DNA of 64,000 nucleotides, taken from the NCBI GenBank assembly GCA_021463515.1, contig JAJTYZ010000014.1:8565-72564 (forward strand), given 5' to 3'. Numbering within the stretch: position 1 is the first letter of the stretch; each line of letters begins with the position of its first letter. The notes under the pieces were generated by a model, which had not been told where the DNA came from, searched no databases, and saw nothing but the letters and a program-made list of their open reading frames with translations. Shown in pieces: positions 10,030 to 19,060 of the stretch. This DNA comes from Chthoniobacterales bacterium (GTDB lineage Bacteria > Verrucomicrobiota > Verrucomicrobiia > Chthoniobacterales > JACTMZ01). The translations under genes were made by a program, and so were the position numbers.

Positions 10030-11043
10030 ATGAATCGCAACGCTAACTATTTTAAGATCGGAATCTTTGTTCTCACCGGATTTTTTCTGGTGGCAGGAGC
10101 CTTAATTTATCTGGGAGCTGGCCGCATATTTCGTCCGCGTTTCTTTGTGGAAACCTATGTGGATGGAACAGTGCAAGGCGTGGAGGTTGGCACGGCGGTG
10201 AAGTTTCGCGGGGTGACTGTAGGCCGTGTTTCCGAGGTAGCTTTTACTTTTAATGTCTATCCTCAGCCCGAAGGAAAGCATGACGGACGGCGTGATTATG
10301 TGGTTGTTGTTTTAGAGATTAATAGCGACGCCTTTCGCGGGTTGATGAATGCGCCAAACTTAGGCGAGGAAATTCAAAGTCTCGTAACCCAGGGGCTGCG
10401 GGTAATGATTCAACCGCAAGGCATCACGGGATTAAACTTTATCGAACTAGACTACTTGTCACCGGAACGACGCACCCCACCGCTTAAAGTTTGGTGGACA
10501 CCCCAAAACCCCTACATTCCTTCCGCGCCCGGCACCCTCACGAGCATGTTGGATTCCATCAATAGCATCATGGATACCGTCAAGGGACTCGACGTTAAAG
10601 AGATCATGAGCCAGCTGCACATGGCCTTAAACCGCGCGAACTCCACGCTGGTGGAATTGTCACACAAAATGGATCAGGTGGAGCTTGGAAAAATTAGCAA
10701 TGAATTGCGCGGGTTGATTTCTGACACGCGGGAAAAGGTCAATGAACTCCAAGCCACCGAATTGAGCAATAATGGCCGCAAAGCTCTCGAGGCAATCACG
10801 GCAGCGGCCCATGATGCCAAGAGAATCACGGATCGCGCCGAGGCGGTCGTGGACAAAATTCAAATGAATCCCTTGCTTAATCCCGACGAGATAGGAGCCA
10901 TCGTCAGCGATTTTCGAGCCTCAGCGGCCAATGTACGAACGCTCACGGAAAACTTGCGCGAATATCCTTCGCAACTTCTCCTAGGTGAGCCACCGAAAAG
11001 ATCGCCCTTTGATCCGACCAGTCCCACTAAGCCCCGCCGATGA
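10030..11043 (+). CDS. mlaD: MlaD/MCE-domain protein
   Basis: N-terminal TM helix, then an MCE core (VDGTVQGVEVGTAVKFRGVTVGRVSEV) and a long helical C-terminal region. Confidence 0.8.
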   Translation: MNRNANYFKIGIFVLTGFFLVAGALIYLGAGRIFRPRFFVETYVDGTVQGVEVGTAVKFRGVTVGRVSEVAFTFNVYPQPEGKHDGRRDYVVVVLEINSDAFRGLMNAPNLGEEIQSLVTQGLRVMIQPQGITGLNFIELDYLSPERRTPPLKVWWTPQNPYIPSAPGTLTSMLDSINSIMDTVKGLDVKEIMSQLHMALNRANSTLVELSHKMDQVELGKISNELRGLISDTREKVNELQATELSNNGRKALEAITAAAHDAKRITDRAEAVVDKIQMNPLLNPDEIGAIVSDFRASAANVRTLTENLREYPSQLLLGEPPKRSPFDPTSPTKPRR

Positions 11044-11642
11044 ACTCGCCTCTCTATCTCCTGTTCTATGCAGCACTGTGTCTGTCTCTCGCTTCATGCT
11101 CCCTGCGTCAACCCGCTGTAGTTACGCAAGATTATGCGCTAAAATTACCCGCTCCCGCTGCTGGCCCCGCAGGGACTCGTGACATCACCGTGTTGCCATT
11201 GACGTCCGCGCCCACAGCGTCCGGCCAGATGTTGCTCTACCGAACGAGCGATGTGCGTTACGAAAGCGATTTTTACAACCGCTTTTTAGCTCCCCCTGCA
11301 CAAGTCCTCACCAGCGAGCTACGCCAATGGCTTACTGCATCCAAAGCGGGAGTCGTTCGCAATCCGGGCTCTCCGTTGCCGTCCGATCTCACCATCCAAC
11401 CTCGGCTCACCGAATTGTATGCCGATTACCGTGACATTAAAAATCCACAGGCTGTGATCGGCATGGAGATAATTCTTATTGGGCGCACCGATACCGGCAA
11501 TCAGCAACTCTTCCGCCGCACCTACCGTCGCTCGGTGCCCATGAAAGCCGTTTCTCCTTCTGCTGCCGTGGAAGGTTGGGGAAAAGGTGCGGGACAAATT
11601 TTTGCCGAGTTTACGGCGGATTTGCGCCGAACAAAGCCATGA
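11040..11642 (+). CDS. ABC-transport auxiliary lipoprotein (PqiC/YmbA-like)
   Basis: Lipobox LSLASC. The segment YRTSDVRYESDFYNRFLAPPAQVL is typical of the ABC_trans_aux family. ATGA overlap with mlaD. Confidence 0.7.
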   Translation: MNSPLYLLFYAALCLSLASCSLRQPAVVTQDYALKLPAPAAGPAGTRDITVLPLTSAPTASGQMLLYRTSDVRYESDFYNRFLAPPAQVLTSELRQWLTASKAGVVRNPGSPLPSDLTIQPRLTELYADYRDIKNPQAVIGMEIILIGRTDTGNQQLFRRTYRRSVPMKAVSPSAAVEGWGKGAGQIFAEFTADLRRTKP

Positions 11643-11724
11643 CGTCTTGCATCAAAGCGACCGACTTCATGGGTGGGTTGAAGCCTGACATGCCCTCGTA
11701 AAAAGATTAGAATCACTCATTCTC

Positions 11725-12963
11725 ATGGAAGGATTTTGGGCAGGTTGGTTGGTAGCGGGGCTTGTATTAGCCGTCATGGGAGCGACCTTGAAAATGCTTG
11801 AGTCCGTGCTTTGGAGCATGCCACGAGAACGACGGAAAGCTGTTAAAGAAAGTGCTGACTTTTCTTCGCGGAGTGGGCTTTTAACGTTCCTCATTGCGGG
11901 TGGGGCGCTGCTACGTGGCGCGGCTTGGTATGCGCTGTGGGCGGCAGGAATGTTAGCCGGAGAACAAATCGCCGAACCTTCGTGGGCTTGGGTGCTGTTG
12001 TTTCTGGTGCCGGTTTCATTAATAGAAGTCATTTTAGGCGTTGTCGCTTCACGTCGTCCCCAACCGTGGGAACCGGCTCTCATTCTCGTAAGCCGCCTCG
12101 TGCGGCCTGTCATGCGTCCGCTCTTTTCTCGTTTGCACCCCTTAACAAAGTCTCTCGCACGTCGGCTCTTTCCTTGGTCTTTTACGCCCCGCCTGTCTCC
12201 CGGACCGGAAGAAGCAGAAACGCTCTTACGAATGCGTGAGGAAGAAGGCGTACTCTCCGGGCCGGAAGCGGATGTTTTAGCCGAGGTTTTCCGCCTGAGC
12301 TGCGCCACAGTGCATCATTACATGACCCCGCGGGTGGATGTAGTGTTTGCGGAGGATGGTATGAGCAATGAAGAAGTCCGCTCACTTTTTCTAAAGCACA
12401 ATTTCGTTCGCGTTCCGGTGGTAGGGGAAACGCCGGACGAAGTGGTTGGCTTGCTGGATCGGCGCACCCTAGGACGCTTGCCGGAAGGTATGCGTTTTAT
12501 TGAGGTCTTGTTGCCACCGTCCTTTGTGCCGGAAAGCATGGAAGCGAGTGAATTACTGGGCAGCTTTTTGAAACGGCGGCAACCGTTGGCTGTGGTGTTG
12601 GATGAATTTGGTGGCGTCGAAGGGGTCGTGACACTCGAAGATTTCGTGGAAGAAATGTTGGGCGTCGCCGCACCAAAAGCGGGAACGAATCTTTACATTG
12701 AGCGAATCGGCGATGGGTTGTTAGCAGCGGGAACGGCGCGTTTTGATGACCTCAATGAATATCTGGGATTTGATGCACGCCAGGAAGGAATTGAGACAAT
12801 TGGCGGCTATGTGGTAAATCAGCTAGGTCGTTTTCCGCAAGCCGGTGCATCTGTTCGCTTGGGGCCATGGAAAGTAACGGTGCGTTCCATGAGTCAAAAG
12901 CGCGTGCGAGAAGTGACGATTCATCGCGTACAATACCAAGAGGAAGGAGAACAATCTCCATGA
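11725..12963 (+). CDS. CNNM/HlyC-CorC family transporter (DUF21 + CBS pair + CorC_HlyC)
   Basis: N-terminal TM domain, a CBS-pair region (HHYMTPRVDVVF...VPVVGETPDEVVGLL) and a C-terminal transporter-associated domain. Confidence 0.8.
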   Translation: MEGFWAGWLVAGLVLAVMGATLKMLESVLWSMPRERRKAVKESADFSSRSGLLTFLIAGGALLRGAAWYALWAAGMLAGEQIAEPSWAWVLLFLVPVSLIEVILGVVASRRPQPWEPALILVSRLVRPVMRPLFSRLHPLTKSLARRLFPWSFTPRLSPGPEEAETLLRMREEEGVLSGPEADVLAEVFRLSCATVHHYMTPRVDVVFAEDGMSNEEVRSLFLKHNFVRVPVVGETPDEVVGLLDRRTLGRLPEGMRFIEVLLPPSFVPESMEASELLGSFLKRRQPLAVVLDEFGGVEGVVTLEDFVEEMLGVAAPKAGTNLYIERIGDGLLAAGTARFDDLNEYLGFDARQEGIETIGGYVVNQLGRFPQAGASVRLGPWKVTVRSMSQKRVREVTIHRVQYQEEGEQSP

Positions 12964-13892
12964 CGATGTTGCTGTTTATTTTACTGATGGTGGGAGCGGC
13001 TGTATTTTGTGGATTGGATGCCGCATGGCAAGCTCTCGATCCCCTGCGTTTGCGTCATCGTGCCGATAAAGGAAACCGTCAAGCAGCACAAATGCAGGCA
13101 TGGCGGGCGGTGCGTCCACAGGCAGATTTGGTCTTGGCATGGACAAGCCAAGCTCTAGCCATAGGTGCCCTTATTGTTTTATCCGCCGACACGGCATCGT
13201 ATGCGAATGGGGAATACTGGTGGATAGCACCCCTTGTTTTTTTGCCAACTTACGCCGTGTTTGTTCAAGCAGTCCCGCGACAAATTTTTCGCCGACTGCC
13301 CTTCATGGTTTTGGCGCGACTATGGTGGCTCGTGACATTAGCCGGCTCTTTCTGGGCACCTTTAGCAAGGCCCGTAGCCGCCTTATTACGCCGCATTCGT
13401 GAAGATGGAGAATCACGAATTCCCGTCGCGGAAGAAATTATGACCTTGGCATCTCACTGCAAAGATGTCTCTCCCTTAGAGCGCACAATGCTACGAAGTG
13501 TGTTGGATTTTCAACATCTCACCGCCGCAGATTTGGCACTTCCTTTAGAAGACTTTCCACAGGTGACGGCAGATGTTCCCCTTGAAGAAATACTCTCGGA
13601 GCGCAGAGCGGGCACGGCGCGACACACTTTGGTCATGGGCGCGGATGGTCTGCCGCTGGGTGTGATGTCCTGCGGTTCGGCGGCTTTATCGGGTGCTATG
13701 AAAGCACGTGCCCAGTCGTTTGCTCGAGCGATGCAGACATTTTCCGCAGAGATGTCCGCATGGCGCGTGCTGACAGAGTTGCGCCGTTCCTCCACGCCTG
13801 TTGCCGATGTGCGGGAGAAAGGAACGGGGCGCATGATCGGCATTGTGACCGAACAAAGCGTGGTAATGCGATTATTTGGTGAGCCTGTTTGA
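12960..13892 (+). CDS. DUF21/CBS-domain membrane protein (second CNNM-like paralog without the CorC_HlyC tail)
   Basis: The ATG at 12960 overlaps the upstream TGA. TM-rich N-terminus followed by a CBS-like C-terminus (GRMIGIVTEQSVVMRL). Confidence 0.65.
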   Translation: MTMLLFILLMVGAAVFCGLDAAWQALDPLRLRHRADKGNRQAAQMQAWRAVRPQADLVLAWTSQALAIGALIVLSADTASYANGEYWWIAPLVFLPTYAVFVQAVPRQIFRRLPFMVLARLWWLVTLAGSFWAPLARPVAALLRRIREDGESRIPVAEEIMTLASHCKDVSPLERTMLRSVLDFQHLTAADLALPLEDFPQVTADVPLEEILSERRAGTARHTLVMGADGLPLGVMSCGSAALSGAMKARAQSFARAMQTFSAEMSAWRVLTELRRSSTPVADVREKGTGRMIGIVTEQSVVMRLFGEPV

Positions 13893-13931
13893 GACGTGCA
13901 ATTTACGAAAGATACGAGCATACTTACCGGA

Positions 13932-15068
13932 ATGTCTGCGCCTTATTCGCGTAAAAACCCATTCCCCGCACGCTTGTTGGAATCGCGTTCTTTGACGCAG
14001 GCTGGCTCTGGTAAAGAAACTCTGCATTTTGAGGTTTCGCTGGAAGGTTCAGGGTTGTCCTATGAGCCGGGAGATTCTTTGGGAGTTTTTCCGACCAACG
14101 ACCCTACGGAAGTAGAAGACTTACTTGTCGTGACCGGCTTATCTGGCGAAGAAATGGTCCCCGCCCCCTCAGGAAACCTGCTGCCTTTGCGTGAAATTTT
14201 AACGCGTTACGTCACCCTGCGAGAACCCTCGAAACAATTGCTGGCAGCACTGCTTGCGAAATGCCCGGAAGCGGAAAATGAGTTGTCGGAGTTTTTGGAC
14301 CCCGAGGCAAAGCGAGTATTGAATGATTGGGTGGATGGCCGTGATGTCGCTGATGTTTTACTGGCCTATCCGTGCGCCAATTTCACGGCGGAAGAATTGG
14401 TGAAGGTGTTGCGCAAATTACAACCGCGCCTTTATTCCATCGCGTCCTCCCCAAAAGTTTTTCCCGAAGCCGTACATCTTACCGTGGCCGTCATTCGCTA
14501 CCATTTGCATGGGAAAAAACGTCAGGGAGTTTGCACGACATTTCTCGCCGATCGTGCAAAGGAAAAAACTTTTCCTGTGTTTATTCACACCGCCAAACAT
14601 TTTCGTCCGCCGGAAGACACGTCGCTGCCTCTCATCATGGTTGGCCCGGGAACAGGCGTCGCTCCCTTTCGCGCGTTTTTGCAAGACCGAGAAAAAGTCG
14701 GTGCCACAGGGAAAACATGGTTGTTTTTTGGCGAACGTAATCGGACGAGTGATTTTTTTTACGAAGAGGAAATGAATCACTGGCTTCGCAAAGGCGTATT
14801 GCAGCGGTTGGATACAGCGTTTTCGCGCGATCAAGAGCACAAAATCTATGTGCAGGATCGCATGATGGAAAATGCGGCGGAATTATGGAAATGGCTTGGA
14901 GAAGGTGGATATTTCTACGTGTGCGGAGATGAAGCTCACATGGCAAAAGATGTCCATGGAGCCTTACAGCGCATTGCCATGGAACAAGGCGGTATGTCGC
15001 AGGAAACTGCGGAGAGTTGGGTGGATGAATTGAAAAAGGCCAAGCGCTATCGGCGGGACGTTTATTGA
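13932..15068 (+). CDS. CysJ-like FAD/NADPH-binding flavoprotein (sulfite-reductase alpha-type, no flavodoxin domain)
   Basis: Motifs RLYSIASS (FAD) and MVGPGTGVAPFRAF (NADPH), with a C-terminal ...RYRRDVY. Confidence 0.8.
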   Translation: MSAPYSRKNPFPARLLESRSLTQAGSGKETLHFEVSLEGSGLSYEPGDSLGVFPTNDPTEVEDLLVVTGLSGEEMVPAPSGNLLPLREILTRYVTLREPSKQLLAALLAKCPEAENELSEFLDPEAKRVLNDWVDGRDVADVLLAYPCANFTAEELVKVLRKLQPRLYSIASSPKVFPEAVHLTVAVIRYHLHGKKRQGVCTTFLADRAKEKTFPVFIHTAKHFRPPEDTSLPLIMVGPGTGVAPFRAFLQDREKVGATGKTWLFFGERNRTSDFFYEEEMNHWLRKGVLQRLDTAFSRDQEHKIYVQDRMMENAAELWKWLGEGGYFYVCGDEAHMAKDVHGALQRIAMEQGGMSQETAESWVDELKKAKRYRRDVY

Positions 15069-16477
15069 TGAACACATCGCCTAGCACATCTCTGCGCAAA
15101 GTGCATTTTATCGGGGTCTGCGGAACTGCGATGGGTTCGTTGGCCGCAGGATTGAGTGAACGCGGGGTCACGGTTACGGGGTCCGATGAAAATGTCTATC
15201 CACCGATGTCCACTTTTTTGCAGGATAAAGGAATTGCAATCACCGCAGGATTTAAGGCGGCCAATCTCCCAGATGATGCCGATTTTGTGGTGATTGGCAA
15301 CGCCATGAAACGTGGCAATCCCGAGGTGGAAGCCGTGTTAAATCGCAAGCTACTTTATTACTCGCTTCCCGAAGCATTGAAGATCTTTTTCCTGCGAGGA
15401 CGTCACAATTTAGTGGTCACCGGAACGCATGGAAAAACCACGACCACCTCCTTGTTAACCTGGATATTTGAATCCGCAGGATTGGCACCGTCATGGCTTA
15501 TCGGCGGCATCCCAAGCAATCTCGGCCAAGGCTGCCGACTGGGAGATTCCCAACATTTCATTCTCGAAGGAGACGAATACGACACGGCATTTTTCGACAA
15601 GCGCTCCAAGTTTGTTCATTACCTGCCGGAATTGCTCATTGTGAACAATGTGGAGTTCGATCATGCCGACATTTTCCGCGATCTCGAAGATGTAATGACG
15701 AGCTTTCGTCGCCTCTTGCAAATTGTACCGAGTGAAGGCTTGGTGTTGCTCAATGCGGATGATCCCAATTGCCGAGCTTTAGCAGAGACATGCGCCGCAC
15801 CGGTTCTTGAAGTGGGATTTTCGGAGAATGCCGGGCAGCGTATTCACGAGGTGCATCTGGGGCGGGATGGCTCTGCCTTTACAATCTTTGGCGAGAAATT
15901 TGAAATCCCCATGATTGGTGAATTCAATGTGCGTAATGCGGCGATGGCTATTTCGGCGGCGCATTTTTACAATGTCCCTGCGGAGGCAATTCGTCAGGCA
16001 TTGAAAACATTCACAGGAATACGACGACGTCAGGAAGTTCGTGGCGTAGAAAATGGGGTCACCGTCGTGGATGATTTTGGGCATCATCCAACAGCGATTA
16101 CGCAGACACTGGAAGGGCTGCGAGTAAAGTATCCCGATGCCAAACTCTGGGCTATTTTTGAGCCGCGATCCAACACCACGCGGCGTGCGGTTTTTCAGGA
16201 TGTTTTACCCCAAGCATTCGCAGAGGCGAACGGCGTGATGTTGGCGAAAGTGGCGCGGATTGAGCAATTGCCGGAAAATGAGCGGCTGAATCCGGAGAAA
16301 GTTGCGGAGGATCTGCGGCAAGCTGGAAAAGAGGCAAGGTATGAACCCGAGGTGGCCGCGATTGTCGAACGCACGGTAAAGCTCGCGTCTTCCGGCGATG
16401 TGATCGTGGTTTTTAGCAATGGGGGATTTGACAATATCCACACGAAACTTCTCGATGCCCTGCGCACTCGCGCTTGA
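15068..16477 (+). CDS. mpl: UDP-N-acetylmuramate:L-alanyl-gamma-D-glutamyl-meso-diaminopimelate ligase
   Basis: HFIGVCGTAMGSLA, SDENVYPPMS and VTGTHGKTTTTS are typical of Mpl/Mur ligases. Confidence 0.85.
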   Translation: MNTSPSTSLRKVHFIGVCGTAMGSLAAGLSERGVTVTGSDENVYPPMSTFLQDKGIAITAGFKAANLPDDADFVVIGNAMKRGNPEVEAVLNRKLLYYSLPEALKIFFLRGRHNLVVTGTHGKTTTTSLLTWIFESAGLAPSWLIGGIPSNLGQGCRLGDSQHFILEGDEYDTAFFDKRSKFVHYLPELLIVNNVEFDHADIFRDLEDVMTSFRRLLQIVPSEGLVLLNADDPNCRALAETCAAPVLEVGFSENAGQRIHEVHLGRDGSAFTIFGEKFEIPMIGEFNVRNAAMAISAAHFYNVPAEAIRQALKTFTGIRRRQEVRGVENGVTVVDDFGHHPTAITQTLEGLRVKYPDAKLWAIFEPRSNTTRRAVFQDVLPQAFAEANGVMLAKVARIEQLPENERLNPEKVAEDLRQAGKEARYEPEVAAIVERTVKLASSGDVIVVFSNGGFDNIHTKLLDALRTRA

Positions 16478-17502
16478 GGCTGTACCTTTTTCATCGCTTC
16501 CGGAAGAATCCATTCGAGAAGTTGCGGATAAACTTTTTCAATCTGGGCGCGGGGTTGCTGCGGGTCAATGAAGTCGTGAATGACATCATCCCCACGAGGG
16601 AAAACATGCAAAGAGCACTCCGTCTGCGGCGATTGGGCGCACCATTGCGAAGCGAGCCGTCGAGCGCGAGCGTTGTTAATGGCCAAATCACTTTCGGAAA
16701 GCACCACAACCAATCGCCGAACTTTGAGAGGCTCCGTCCACGCTTCCGCTTCCATTCCAATGCGCAACACTTCACCCAACGGCCGTGTGGCAAAGCGCGG
16801 ATAATTCGTAGGAGGTCCGGCAATTTTCTCCCGGACGCGCGGATCCCACCACATCACTTTATTGGGCAAACGAAGCAACAGGCGCGAGGCCGCACCCGTG
16901 AATCCATCGGGAATGCCCGGCAATCCGAGGAATGGTGCCAATAAACAGGCGGTGTCCACATCATCGCGATGTTGTGCAATCCAAGCAGTCGAAGCACCGC
17001 TCACCGACAAACCCACGACAATAACGCGCTTCCCAAGGCCACATGCAATATCAATCCCTTCATCCACCTGATGAATGAGGTCTTCCGCTCTAAGAGCCGC
17101 ATGGGCGTCCGTCAGGCGATCTGCAAAGCCATGATATGCCAGTCGAGGAATGACAACATTGGCCCCTCGAGAAAAAAGAATTTCTCCTAGCTTACGAAAC
17201 TGCCGAGGGGAATTGGTTAATCCATGCAGCAAAACAAAAGCGTATTCCGTTTGATATCCGTGAGTCAGCAGAATCGAGCGGCCTCCTTCGTGGAGGGAAA
17301 GTGTTGCTTCGTCGCTTTGAATTTTTTCAAATTTCGTCTGAGCTTCCGCATAGGTAGCGGCAGGTTGAGGTGTTGACGTGAGGGGCGGGAGTGACAGCGG
17401 ACGAAACAGCCACGCAATGGCCAATACTCCGACGAGAATAAGCACCAGGAGGACACGAAACGACCAGCGTAAGCAGGTTTTGATTTTGTGAGATTTCGAC
17501 AT
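16195..17502 (-). CDS. Alpha/beta hydrolase, membrane anchored. The last ~95 codons run antisense through the 3-prime end of mpl.
   Basis: N-terminal TM helix. Hydrolase core with HGLTNSPRQF and nucleophile elbow GLSVSG. The ORF has no stop until 16195. Confidence 0.7.
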   Translation of the reverse strand: MSKSHKIKTCLRWSFRVLLVLILVGVLAIAWLFRPLSLPPLTSTPQPAATYAEAQTKFEKIQSDEATLSLHEGGRSILLTHGYQTEYAFVLLHGLTNSPRQFRKLGEILFSRGANVVIPRLAYHGFADRLTDAHAALRAEDLIHQVDEGIDIACGLGKRVIVVGLSVSGASTAWIAQHRDDVDTACLLAPFLGLPGIPDGFTGAASRLLLRLPNKVMWWDPRVREKIAGPPTNYPRFATRPLGEVLRIGMEAEAWTEPLKVRRLVVVLSESDLAINNARARRLASQWCAQSPQTECSLHVFPRGDDVIHDFIDPQQPRAQIEKVYPQLLEWILPEAMKKVQPQARVRRASRSFVWILSNPPLLKTTITSPEDASFTVRSTIAATSGSYLASFPACRRSSATFSGFSRSFSGNCSIRATFANITPFASANAWGKTS

Positions 17503-17515
17503 GAGACGAGAGCGT

Positions 17516-19060
17516 TTAGTGGGCCGTTAAAAATAAAACGATAACGATCACAAGAAGTAAGCTACAAGCGATCGGCCAGCAACAAAGAGCATGGTTTAGC
17601 CGCTCTACAGTCTGCGCAAGGCAACGGGTAGGGCGAAGAATTATGGAGCCGAAACAAAACATATCTCCAACAGGAATGTGAGGCAGACGAATACGACGTA
17701 AAGCGACAGCCATGGCACCGCCAATCAAAACAGGCCAAAGAGTTTTCCAGATATTTTCCATACCAAAAATATCCGCAGCGGAAAGTCCGACCACAGGAAA
17801 GATAATCCACGGGAGTGCGATGCAAAATACAGCACCGGCCAACCACGGAAAAAGTTTTCCTAGAGAGGGTTTAGCTTGTTCCTTACGCATGTGTATCAAA
17901 CGAAATAAAAAGTGAGTCATTAACATCGCTGTTCCTATTGCAGCAAGTGTCGCGAGCGTGAAAGCCGGGCCATAACCGAAGGGTGCTTTAACGGCGAGTT
18001 TTGCCAATGCACCGCCGGTGAGTGGTAAGCCGGCGAGTCCGAGTCCAAGAACTGCCGCTGGAAAAAGTGATAATGCAGATCGGGCGGCGCACGCTCCTAC
18101 GGCGAGAAAAAGCGCGCCTTTGGCCAATACATGATGCGCACCATAAAAAGCGACTAAGGTAGTCACACCACTATCGTTTGTAGAAATCCCCATTCCTAAC
18201 ACAGCCACCAAAAATCCCATCTGACTAATGCTCGAATAAGCCAGTATGGATTTTGGATGCTGTTGCGTCATACCAAGAAGCACACCGTAAAACGCGCCGA
18301 TAAAGCCGAGAATGACGAGTCCTTCTCCCCAGGCCACCGGGGTTGTTTCAATGGGTAAAAAGCGCAACAACCCGATAATTCCAGCCTTCACCGCCGCACC
18401 GCTTAATACGGCGGCAGCCGGAATCGGAGCCACTGTGTAGCTAGGAGGCATCCAAAAGTGCAGTGGCACCAAAGCAATTTTTGCGCTAAACCCCGCGATT
18501 AAAAGTCCGAGAATCGCAGGATGCAATTCCGAGACACCGGGATTCTGAGCCAACAAAACAAATGCAAGCAGGAGAAGATTTTCTCCAAGGAGGGCAAAGC
18601 CGAGGTAAATTTTTCCAGCCCGTCTCGCCTTCGACGTTCCATCGTGTGCCACCAAGCCATAAGCAGGCAAACTGACCAACGCATAGAAAACCAAAAAACC
18701 AATGAGGTCACTGGCGAGGAAAACACCCAAGCTTCCAATCAATACCAACAGCCAGCAAATCGTAAAACGAATTCCGGGACGCCCTTGGGGAAAATACGCA
18801 GGAATTGCAAACCCTCCCACACTCCAAAAAACAGCAGCAGCAGCGAGTAAAATTCCACCTGGAACATCCAAATAAAATAAAAAAGGCGGTAAAGGGATTG
18901 CTGTATTTGCCTTTCCAAAAATCATCAGAGCTCCCACAGGCCACGACGCCGTTCCGAGAAGTGCCGGAATCCTCCGGCGAGTTGCTGGCCAAAAAACTCC
19001 AAGGAGAAGAAGCAATGGCCAGCCGAATGTGGCGAGAAGAAGCACTTGGGTTTCAATCAT
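17516..19060 (-). CDS. Mrp/NuoL-M-N family proton-conducting membrane subunit (second D-like or A-like subunit)
   Basis: 514-aa polytopic protein with antiporter-like repeats. Stop/start overlap with the upstream mrpD-like gene. Confidence 0.8.
   Translation of the reverse strand: MIETQVLLLATFGWPLLLLLGVFWPATRRRIPALLGTASWPVGALMIFGKANTAIPLPPFLFYLDVPGGILLAAAAVFWSVGGFAIPAYFPQGRPGIRFTICWLLVLIGSLGVFLASDLIGFLVFYALVSLPAYGLVAHDGTSKARRAGKIYLGFALLGENLLLLAFVLLAQNPGVSELHPAILGLLIAGFSAKIALVPLHFWMPPSYTVAPIPAAAVLSGAAVKAGIIGLLRFLPIETTPVAWGEGLVILGFIGAFYGVLLGMTQQHPKSILAYSSISQMGFLVAVLGMGISTNDSGVTTLVAFYGAHHVLAKGALFLAVGACAARSALSLFPAAVLGLGLAGLPLTGGALAKLAVKAPFGYGPAFTLATLAAIGTAMLMTHFLFRLIHMRKEQAKPSLGKLFPWLAGAVFCIALPWIIFPVVGLSAADIFGMENIWKTLWPVLIGGAMAVALRRIRLPHIPVGDMFCFGSIILRPTRCLAQTVERLNHALCCWPIACSLLLVIVIVLFLTAH

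Noticed and set aside
11667-12308. 213-aa ORF on the - strand
   Set aside because: It is antisense to the CNNM-type transporter. The product is Ser/Arg/Thr-rich low-complexity sequence.
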